64,000 nt of DNA from Raillietiella orientalis. Taxonomy: Eukaryota. Each line of letters begins with the position of its first letter. Position 1 is the first letter of the stretch. The notes below the pieces were generated by a model. It ran no database searches and had not been told where the DNA came from. It saw only the letters and a list, made by a program, of their open reading frames with translations. The translations under genes were made by a program, and so were the position numbers. Location of the stretch: assembly GCA_036172245.1 (NCBI GenBank), contig JAYWIR010000002.1, positions 7,378,001 to 7,442,000 of the forward strand, in the 5' to 3' direction. This document shows positions 24,576 to 35,148 of the stretch, piece by piece.

Positions 24576-26999
24576 CCGACGCCCAATCGTCGGGCCACCC
24601 ACCCAACTTCGCCCCAGAGAGCGCCGTTCCTCCTGGACAAGCGGCGGCGTAGCATCAATTATTCACGGAAGAGGAAGACGCCCTTTAGTTCTGTCCTTTC
24701 GGGGGCCGGCATCCCCAATCGGGGTACGACCGACCGGAGATCCAGCCCGCTCCGCGGAGCGAGACGGTGCTGCGGAGAGCTCCGTCGCCAACACGCCACA
24801 ACGGGAGCGGCCGGTTCCTCGGACCTCGTCACGAGAGGTACTACGGTGTCTCCTCTTCCGCATCATCATCAACTTTCTTGCTGAGAGACAACCTCGCCGG
24901 CGCCCCTAGCGATCTACGGAACGAAAGGCTGTGGGAGGCATGGCGTCTTCGGCAGCCGCGCTCGTCGGGGTATGGCGGACGGCCCCGTCTGCCAACTTCC
25001 ACAGCCTCGAACCCTCGTCCAGCCCTGCCACCGGAGCAGTAGTAAGGCCGGCACCTTGCGCACATTGCAGCTCCCTCGCCGCCGCCAGCGCTGCTACCCG
25101 CAGGGCGGACAGCAGACCGCGGCAACGACTGCCTGCCTATCCCAGAAGCAGCGCCTCTGTCGCTCCGGCTGGACAGACCCCGCCGCCTCCACCTCTTCCC
25201 CTAGTCTCCATCGGCGCGCGACTCTGCCCTAAGCGCGTCCGTGGGCCTCTGAGAACGGGGGAGGAGGGGCAGGCACCGCCGCGAGGCAATGTCCGCTGAT
25301 CTGGGGGGCGCGCGCAAGAAGAGCAATGGAGTCGAAGCCATGAAGAGCGGGCTTCGCTCCCCCATCCATTGCTCCGGTGACCGACGAGAGTGGCTTTTAC
25401 CTGGCGCAGAGGCCCGCGCAAGGCACTGCGCCGCACCGCTCCAACCCTGGTCCGGAACAGCAGCCGCGGGACTTCCGTCGCCTCGCAAAGGTCGCAAGGT
25501 GAGCGGAAGAGGCGAAGTGAGAGTGAACAACGGGAGGGCGCAACGATCAGGGGACTGGGAATGGCAACCCGGGACATTGTGGAGGCTGTGCCTTCTGCGG
25601 GTCCTGCCGTACGGCAAGGCAGCAGCCAAAAGGCACTCAGGAGACCACCAGTCAGGTAGCGGCAGAAAAGTGGACGGAGAAAGGAGGTCCCCTTCAGTTC
25701 GAGGTGTCACCCCTTATCCCCTCCCATGGGCCGCTTCCCTGCGAACTTCCCCCCCGTTCGGGAGCGGACGTTTCGGCGCCACGAGAGCGCCCGTGCCGCT
25801 GCCGCATTGGGAGGGGTCGTCAATCACGGACAGACGGCATCTGGACCCAGCCGAGAGGCAACTTGTCCCGGGAACGAGGAGAGGCCATCGTCCAGAGAGT
25901 CTCCCTGCTCCCTCCATGGCGAGTTGCAACTCCCGATCTTCCAGAACTATGGTCGCGCCTCCCCCGGCCAGCCCAAGGGGACCGCGTAGACCCTCCAGCT
26001 GCAGACGGCAGTCGCTCCGGGGTCCGGTCCGCGTCGTCTCCTGGCAGCCACCATCCCGAGGTTGCATCTGGAACGGACTTTACCTTCTCGTGTCCGCCTA
26101 TCCCAGATTACCCCGGGAAACCACGCTGAGCTGGGATTCGATGCCTACGTCGGTCGCTGCACTTCCGCAGTCGCAGCTTCGTGGTCCTCTTCCCAGTACG
26201 CTGGCGATCGACGACCTTCGCCGACGCGCGAGCGCACACTCGCCATTGCGCGGGCCACTCCTCTCAGAGATCGCTGAGGTCGCCGCAGAGCGCGCCGCGC
26301 GTGAGATTCCCGACAGGCTGCACCGCCGATTTCGAGAACTTCTTCGAAGACCGCAAAACACACTTGCGGACGACGATTTGCGACCCGCGCCCGACGCGCT
26401 CTAGGTCCTTTCCCCTTCCTTCGTCGCCTGGTGACTCATTGACGTCCAATCGCACGCTGGCGCGCCATCGGTCTGTCACCCTGCTGCAGCGGGCTTTCTT
26501 TCCGTCCTTGTCGCCTCGCAACCAGTCTACGCGGCAAGGGCCGAATCTGCTCTTCCGCTTGGTTGCTTATTCGCTCCCGCGCAGCCTCGAGGCCCTCGCG
26601 ACAGATTCCCCTACTCGTCGCCCGCGGCGACCCCACGCCGCGCATCACCAGCGCCGGCCAGCTCGTGGGTCCTGTCATGGGATTGCAGGGAGGGTTCCTC
26701 GGCATCGGTGCGAACTTTGGGCTCCCTGCTGGCCAGGATCGAGCGAGTACCGCGGGAACAGGGGTCCTGTTCTGAAAAGCCCCGAAAGAAGCCGCTTCCT
26801 GCGCAGTCGAAAGCCCTGAGAAGGTGCACCGCGGTCGCCAGGGCACCCGGTTCCCCCGCGCTTCTTCCAGAACCCTTCCCCTTTCGCTACGAGTGTCCAA
26901 CGCAGCCCCTTTGACCATCGCGGGTGGGTCGACCGCAGAAGCCGGTCACACTGCATCCTTTTGGCTGGCAAACACGCGTCTGCTGCGGGCTGATAGATT

Positions 27000-28570
27000 G
27001 ACACCTGGTCACGGCAGGGCATTTATTCGTTGAAAGCAAACACAGAGGTCAGTGGCGAGATGCGTGATCCTACCACGTTACAAAATGTACAAAAAGCACC
27101 TGTCGAGAAGCGGCGCGCAGGCTGTCCAGGTTCGCCACGGCAGTGCAGGGGGAGGAGAGACAAACAGAAAGAAAAATAAAAGGAAAAAACACAAAAAATT
27201 GGGAGGGTGAAGGTGGGGGAAATGGGTTCGGAAAGGAATCAATGTGTGTAGGAGGGCATATTCTGGATCCTTGCCAGGATGCCGGCAAGTTCCTGTTGCA
27301 TGGGCCATCTTGACGCCATCCTCAAAAGGAAGACCACAAAGTGGATGGCATCCCTGCCGTCCCTGGCCTCCTCTGGCGTCGTGCTGTGCAGCTACGATCC
27401 CGCCACATAGACAGCACAATGCTGCTGGGGATGTGGCCGGAGTGAGGACTTCGCGAAGGAAGAGGAGCTTACGAACGTCTCTGGGGTTGTCCTCGGGGAT
27501 CCGCAGGCAACAGCCAGCAGCCTCCCTTGCGGCCCTGTGCCCCCCCTATCGTCACTGCATGAAGCAACACAACAGGCGTACCCAGAGATAGGGATGCTAG
27601 CCAATACGCCGTCCGCTTCGTGAAGATGGCGACGCGATGGTCCACCTGGAATCCCATATTCAGGAAGAGATTGCCGGCATCCTCCAGAGGATGCGGCAGA
27701 CTCTCCCAGCAGACTGTGATCCCTTCCCGCGCCTTCCCCAGTTCTTTTATTTCTTTTCCATTTTTGTTTTTTTTTTTGTTTATATTCCCTCCCCTCTGCT
27801 GCCGAGGTGGACCGCACTTGTCTGCGAACCGGTGGCCTGGCAGACTTTGAACATCTAGCGCGTGACTGGGTCCCTCGTCCGGCCACAGATTCTGTGAATA
27901 TTTAATTCGATAGAATAAACGCCAAGGAACACCGGATGGGAATCGGGGATCCGCAGGGACGCGGCAAAGCGCTCACACAGGGGACGGAGTGCAACACATT
28001 CCATGAGCAGATGAGGGAGGGACTCTCTCACCGCACCTGCCGCAGTTCGGGCTCACTTCCTCTCCTGGGTCCAATGGTGTCGGCGGTCGTTGCACGGGAG
28101 AACCCAGTACAACAACAGGATAGCCGACAACTGCCACTTTAGGGGGAGGGTTGCACTGTTCCAAAACGCTGGGGCCACTTCACCTGCTCCGAAGGAATGT
28201 GTATCAGTTCTCCCCAGCGTAGCAGCCCTCTGGGTGGGACACTCGGTTCGCGGCGTCCGTCAGCTTGAACGTGAGGTCCAGTCTGTGGAATCGAAGCTGT
28301 CGCTCCATTTGCTCCAGCGTAAGGAGTCCCAGGTCACCATCCCTAAGCGGAGCACAGAGGTATTTTGAAGGACTCTGGACCTCCCTTTGCCTCACAGGGC
28401 TTGCCGTGCTGACGGAGGAGTCAGTCTCCCGTAGCGATCGCGCGCTCCACAGCTTCGGGAGCGTCTCGACGTCCGCAAAGCCGAAGGGAATTGGACGCCA
28501 ATCGCTCAGGTCGCTAGGATCTGGCAGGAGATGGACGCCGGCTGATCGAAAGGAGGCAACCACCTCGTCT
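27000..28570 (-). mobile_element. L1/Tx1-like LINE copy, internally deleted, interrupted by a nested + copy
   Basis: RT start (ASFRSA.V.LLP...WRPI), LCAPLRDGDLGLL, zinc-finger region and 3' UTR ending AATAAA-hairpin near 27000-27030. Confidence 0.8.
27508..27942 (+). mobile_element. 5'-truncated LINE copy with a 15-bp TSD
   Basis: tcggggatccgcagg at 27493-27507 and 27943-27957; AATAAA at 27914. Confidence 0.85.
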
Positions 28571-28689
28571 CTCCCTCTTCGCGTCGGGACGGCGGATTCG
28601 GTCTCTTGACGCTATAGCGGATAGAGCCACAGCAGCTCCAGTTTCGGACACTTCCCCTTTTGACAATCTTGTGAAGTGCCACCTGGTGC

Positions 28690-29195
28690 GATCTCCCCCT
28701 GCGTTTGCTTCATTTGGTACATCAATGGACAACCCTAGGGACGTGTTGAATCGCCTCTTCGTGAGCAACGTCCTTTCGCCTGCCACATCCCTAGCAGCTC
28801 CTTGCTGCCTATGTGGGATTGTGACGGCCTGGAGCTACTGAAGAGATGGAGGGCACGATAGGGACGTCATCCGCTTCGTCCTGCGCTTCCTGAGGATGGC
28901 AGCAAGATGGCTCCATTTGGGGCATACTCGGATGGAAATTGCCAGCATCCTGGAAACGATGCAGAGGACGCCTCCCAGCGGACTGTGATTTCTCCTTTGA
29001 TCCTCCCAATTTTTTATATATTATGCTTTTGTTTAATTTTTTTTGTTTGTCTTCTCCCCCTCCGCTGCCAAGGCGAACCACGCCGGTCTACGTTACTCGG
29101 CAGGTTCCGAACTCTTGGAAAATGTAGGGCCGACGACCCTATACTTGTAAGTTTATTATTTTTATAATAAACGCCCCGCGTTACTGGGCGTTATA
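28690..29195 (+). mobile_element. LINE 3' fragment
   Basis: NPRDVLNRLFV...SLAAPCCLCGI, T-rich UTR, aataaacgccccgcg...ctgggcg terminus. Confidence 0.8.
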
Positions 29196-30615
29196 CCTGA
29201 TGCAAGCCTGCACGCTTCCCCGTCCAGCAAGCCACCGGCAGCGTGGGGCTCGCGTTCTTCCTTGCGCTCTGTCGCCCCCACAACATCTCCTGCCGCGGCC
29301 CACAGCTTCGGCAGGAGGCTACGCTGAATAAGAATAACAGATATCGTGTCCCCCCTAGCGAGCGGTAGCGTCTGGTTCGAGTAAACCGTACCCTATCCCG
29401 TTCTCCTCTATGCTCCCAGTGCGGAACACTCTAGACAGTAGTCTGTTTGGCGGAGGAGGGCTCCTCCGGGAATTGGATCGACGTGGCGGGATGGCAAATC
29501 CGCTACGAAGGCATAATCTTTTGACATGTCTCTTGTTAACAGCTGATTTTCAAATGGGGATTTCCCAACGAACGCAGTGGAGGTTCTCACCTGGCGCTAC
29601 TCGGAAGTCGCCAGGAGAAAGACGTGACCTTCAAATGCAGAAGCGGATAAAGCGACAGCTCCAGGATGAGAGACTGACCTCGATGACCCTGTTCTGGCTG
29701 TGATGGATCGGCGATTATGCTTTCGCGCCGCCACCGGGGCCGGCAGCCGCCTCCGTCGGATCTCCGCCCTGGGGGCCGCACACTCATGGTTATCAAGCCG
29801 CGCTCCCAAGGATCACGACCCCCAGCGGTGGGAAACAGTGGCAGCGTGGGCAGAGATCGCCCGAGCCCCATCCGATGTACCTGATTGCCCTTCGATTCCC
29901 CGGAAACACCGCCCCAACTGTGGAGACGGAGGGCAGCGACATGTCGCAGCCCTGGGCCAGTCCGATGGCCACTCCCTTCCCTGCAGAGGCGATCTCGAGG
30001 TTCGCGGTGCCTCTCTGAGGGAATCCCGTCGGCGGCAGCTTGTCGGCAAGAAGGGAGAGGCATCCTGCGGGACTCCAAGAGAAATTGTCAGGTAGTTGGA
30101 CCGCTAACCGGCTGACACGGGCGTACGCTGCAACCTACCAAGGACACTCGTCGTAAGGTGAGGCGATCTACGGAAAACTCCGCGAGAACATCCGGTGAGG
30201 CTTCCGGGTGCCCTGCAGCCATCGCACCCCTCCTCCAGTATCGGCGCTTCCTCTGTCGTACCAAGGAGTCCCCTGCGACGCCCGCTGGCACCGCTGGATT
30301 CTGAAGCGGAAAACATGGGAGCCCGCACCGCAGCAGGAGCGGAGAGCGAGGATCCGGCCCTCACCCGCGGCTCCTAAGGGAACCTTTCGCAATTGCTCTT
30401 CAGGTGACGGCGTACGACTCCATGGACGCGTTCCTGTGGCTGTGCTCCCTGCGGGATGCGCCGCTGCCAGCCGCTTCCCGAGGAGCCGCATGAGGCCTCC
30501 GCAAGAATGCGGCGGCCCGGAGCAACGACGCCCGAGAACTGAGACAACATGAAGCGCTCAGTCCAAGAATTCTGCCACCAGTTCCCCCTAGACCCTCTTC
30601 CTTCAGAAGTCGGCA

Positions 30616-31313
30616 TTGCCACTCGGATACGCCAGGACGTTTATTCAAACTCTTCATAACGTCATTACAAAACGTGATACAAGGCCCCACTAACGGCCAA
30701 CATTTCGCAGGACCTGCCGGGACGCCGGGATGCCGATCAGCTGGCTCTCCTCGGCAGTGGAAGGGGATGGGGGAAAAACAAAAAGAGAAATAAAACAAAC
30801 AAAAGAATTTGGAGGGCCGGGAAGGGATCACTGACCACTAAGAGGAGGGTCCATACTTTGCAGGATGCCCTCGAGGTCCTTGTTCATTCCATCCAGCTGG
30901 GGCCATCCGGTAGCTCTCTACAGGAAGCGAACAGCATACGGGATGACGTCCCTCTCGTTGGTGTCTTTATTTTCGGCTTTACTCCAGGCCTCCATAATCC
31001 CACGGATGAGGCCAAGTGCTACTAGGGCTGCGAATGGCTGCAGAGCGTCCCACACGAAGAGAAGGCGCTAAACGTCTCTGGGGTTGCCGCCAACCGGTAT
31101 CCCAAGGGCCGTCCAGAAAAGTTGCCGCAGGGGCCGGAGGGCAGGACAGTCAACTAACAGGTGGGGGAGGGACTCCCGCTCCCCGCACCTGGCACAGTCA
31201 AGGCTTACACTCCCCCTTGTCCAGTGGATGCGGCGGCCGTTGCAAGTAGACCCCAATGCAACAATAGGAGCGCCGACTCCTGCCACTTGAGGGGGAGGAT
31301 CCCGGATTTGGCG
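30616..31313 (-). mobile_element. LINE 3' portion (zinc finger and 3' UTR)
   Basis: CARCGERESLPHLLVDC; AATAAA-hairpin-GGCAA terminus at 30616. Confidence 0.9.
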
Positions 31314-32006
31314 TTGCCACCCGGGTACTCCCTGCGCGTTTATTGAAAACTCTACAAAAACGTGGTACGAGGCCCCACTAACGGCCGCACAACACCGGAC
31401 CTGCCGGGACGCCGGGACGCAGCCCGGCGTGACGCTCCTCGGCAGTGGAGGGGAGTTTGGGAGAAAACAAAAGAAAAAAAAAAATAAAGAAAAACAAAAG
31501 GAGTTTGGAGGGAGGGGAAGGGATCACTGTCCACTAGGAGGAGGGCCCATCCTTCGCAGGATGCCCTCTAGGTCCTTATGCGTTTGTCCCAGATGGGGCC
31601 ATCTCGCAGCTCTTCGCATGAAGCTCACAGCATACGGGATGACTTCCCTCTCGTTGGCATCCACTCCTTCGTCGCGAATGTCGCTCCAGGCCGCCACGAT
31701 GCCCCGGATGCAGCAGAGGGCTGCGAGGGCTGCGGCGGGCTGCAGGGCGTCCCGCACGAAGAGGGGCCGAAGAACGTCTCTGGGCGCGCTGCCCATTGGG
31801 AGCCCGATGGTCGTCCCGAACCGTTCCCACAGGAGTCGGAGGGCAGCACAGTCAACTAGTAGGTGGGAGAGCGATTCCCGCTCCCCACACCTGGCACACT
31901 CAGGCCTTACACTTCCCCGTGTCCAGTGGAAGCGGCGCGCGTTGCAGGGTAGACCCCAGTGCAACAGCAGCAGCGCCGTTTCCTGCCACTTTAGGGGAAG
32001 AAGCCT
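31314..32006 (-). mobile_element. LINE 3' portion with a 10-bp TSD
   Basis: ggatttggcg at 31304-31313 and 32007-32016; zinc finger and 3' UTR present. Confidence 0.9.
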
Positions 32007-34732
32007 GGATTTGGCGGGGGGGGTAGCAACGAAAGGTGCTATCTACAGGCTCGTCGTTACGAAAGGACTCCCAATGTTCGTTGGCCTGGCCGAGTACCGA
32101 GCCTGGGCTGAGCACCAAGCCTGGCAATTAAGGTTGCCTAGCCTGCTGGACGGCCTGGGCCGGGAACATTCGGCCCCGGCTGCGGTAAGGCACCTTGTGA
32201 GTTTTTATTCCTCCCTTTATGCCAGAGCACCTCCGGTACGAGACGACTCGCAGCGCTTGCTCTCGGATGGAGCCTTGGCGATAGGAAAGGAGGAGAGGGA
32301 AAACCTTGATGAGCCTTTCACGACCGGTGAAATTCTCGCCGGTATCCAAAAGCTCAAGAGGCGTAAGGCGCCAGGGGAGGACGGCCTGCCTGTAGAGTTT
32401 TTCCAATGCTTCGCGGCAAAGCCCTGGTGCTCGAGTTGACGAGACTGATCCGAGACGAAGGCGATGTTCCCGCCTCGTTTCGGTCAGCCTGGGTGAGGCT
32501 CCTTCCTAAGGGAGGAGACCTCAGGAAATTGAGCAACTGGCGTCCGATCACGATTGTGAACACGGACGCCAAGTTGTTGGCTAGACTGTGGGCTGCGCGG
32601 CTGGGGCAGGTAGCTGACAGCTTCGTCAGCCCGGAACAGACGTACGCTGTTCCCGGGCGAAGCATGGAAGCGAACCTGTTCTTCGCCAGCACATGGTTCC
32701 ATGTGCAACGCGAATAAAAAAAGAAAAAAGAACGGACTGTCGGCAAATCTGGTTTGGGGGCGCCAGCGCGGCAAGTAAGGGACGACCGGGAAGGGAAGGG
32801 GGCTCTAGCGATCGCAGTCGATCTGCACAAAGCGTTCGATTGCGTGGACCAGGAACTCCTTCTGGAGCTCCTGAATCCCATGGGTTTCCTGGACACCTTA
32901 ACGGCCTACCTGCGCGCCTGCTGGCGCAATGCGATCATCAACGTCTCTTTCAGTGGACAAATAGTGTATGGCGTGCCGGTAAGGCGCGGCATCCGGCAGG
33001 GCGATAGCCTCAGTCCCCAGCTCTTTAGCACCTACTTTGAGTTGGTGCGGAGAGCATACAGGGTGACATTGGCTGCCCTGCCAAGCTCGTGCCCAGGTAC
33101 GCCGGCCGTGTTGACGTATGCTGACGATCTTCTGCTCCTGCTGCCCATGTCCGCCCCAGCTTCGGCAGTCGAGGATTTCTTCGATCTGCTAAGCCGTGGG
33201 ACAGGACTACGAGTGAACAGGACGAAGTCGTCGCTGGTTGCGGTTGGTGCAACGTGGGCAGGACGACCTGATTGGATCCGACTGGGGATCCCCACAGAGA
33301 GGTACTTGAAGTACCTCGGCGTTCCGTTGAGGGACTTCTGCCAGTCAGAAGCCTGGTCAGGTCGTCTCCAGAAAGTGGAGTCGGCGATCGGTCCGTTCCT
33401 GGAAGGCAAGTTTCACTTGCCGAAACGAGCCGCGGTGTGGAACGCGTTCGCGGCTTCCATCCTCCGCCCCCTGCTTTTTGTTTTCCCCATATTCCATACC
33501 TCGCCAGACGTGTGTCCGGGACTGAAGGACTTGCGTCGTACCTTCTGTGCCCCGGCCGGAAGGTCAGAAGATGCGGCCTTCTCCTGGGACGCATGGCCAC
33601 CCTGGCAAAGGAGAACGGGTGGGTGGCCTGCAGCCCCGCCAACTCCAGCGCATGGCTGGAGGAATCCGTTGCGACGTGGGCGAAGTTGAATAACCCAGGA
33701 GCAGAAAATTGGAACCGCCTGCGATTCGGCCCCAACGCCTGCTGCACACTGCGGACCACTTTGGAGTGTCCCGCGAGGAGCACGTGGGCGGAGACCACCC
33801 CTTTGGCATCGACGCTGCCCTTCCTTCGGAGGGCCCTAATCAGCGGCCGGAAGCCGAAGTGGCAAGTCTCCTGCCGTATCGCAGGAAGAGAGAGGAAGAT
33901 GAGCGGGTGGACCATGGGAGAACTGGCAGACGCCACGACCCCGAGTGCCCTCCCGCGTGGACTTCTGAGATGGGGAGAGCTGCTCGGCATCCCGACGGAT
34001 GACCTGAAGTGGCCCCCAGTATTAATCGGATCCAGGCTTCTCCCCCTGAAGTGGCAAGAGTCGGCGCTGCTGCTGTTGCACTGGGGTTTACCCTGCAACG
34101 CGCTCCGCTTCCACTGGACGCGGGGAAGTGTAAGGCCTGAGTGTGCCAGGTGTGGGGAGCGGGAATCGCTCCCCCACCTACTTGTCGACTGTGCTGCCCT
34201 CCGACCCCTCTGGGAACGGTTTGGGACGACCCTCGGGCTCCCGGTGGGCAGCCAACCCAGAGACGTTCTCCGTCTTCTCTTCGTGCGGGACGCCCTGCAG
34301 CCAGCTGCAGCCGTTGCAGCACTCTGCTGCATCCGAGGCATCGTGGCAGCTTGGAGCGATACCCGCGACGGAGGAGTGGATGCCAACGAGAGGGACGTCA
34401 TCCCGTATGCGGTCTGCTTCATGCGGAGAGCTACAGGATGGACCCAGCAGGATACAATGCAGATGGACCTCGAGGGAATCCTGCGAAGGATGGACCCTCC
34501 TCCCAGTGGACTGTGATCCCTTCCCTTCCCTCCAAACTCTTTTTGTTTTTTTCTTTGTTTTTATTTTTATTTTTTGTTTTCTCCCCCATCCCCCTCCGCT
34601 GCCGAGGAGCGTCACGCCGGGCTGCGTCCCGGCGTCCCGGCAGGTCCGGTGTTGTGTGGCCGTTAGTGGGGCCTTATACCACCTTTTTTAGAGTGTTTTA
34701 AAATAAAAGTCCTGGGCATACCCGGGTGGAAA

Positions 34733-35148
34733 CCCAAACTCCCGCAGGTAGGCGGTGCAGGGGGAACTGGCCGCAGAACTCCTGGACCGACCGCTTGAAG
34801 CAGTACCGATCCAGAAGCGTCCGCATCCTGTAGCTCCGTATGAACGCTCGAAGATGTTCCGCCGCGTCCGGGAGCTTCAGCCAGTTCCCAGGCAGACGCC
34901 ATGCTGACGAGGGGGAGGGGCCCTGTCGCGCGAATGAATCTGGAGCACGATCGGGAGATGGTCGGACAGCTCCGACAATAACTTGCCGCGCCTGCCCGCA
35001 AGGGAGCATAGGTGCTGGTCAAGAACACGTGGTCGATGACGTCCCCAATTCCCGGTTCACTGTTCAACAAGTTACATCGGTGCTCACACGTCGTTGTCCA
35101 GATCACGTTCATGATTCGGCCCATCTGGTTGCAGGTGAACGTTAATAC
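34733..35148 (-). mobile_element. LINE endonuclease C-terminal fragment
   Basis: NVHL...IDHVFLT...KRSVQEFCGQFPL, homologous to 48300-48696. Confidence 0.75.

Larger units (their letters stand above)
30400..34732 (+). mobile_element. Longest LINE copy (EN-RT linker, RT, C-terminal CCHC zinc finger, 3' UTR), split by two antisense copies
   Basis: KAPGEDGLPVEFF, LLPKGGDLRKLSNWRPITIVNTDAK, VDLHKAFD, GIRQGDSLSP, YADD, KYLGV and CARCGERESLPHLLVDC, with frameshifts. Confidence 0.93.

Noticed and set aside
33025..34422. 465-aa minus-strand ORF (also 61963-62970 +, 35689-36342 +)
   Set aside because: Antisense shadow frames of GC-rich LINE ORF2; no independent motifs.
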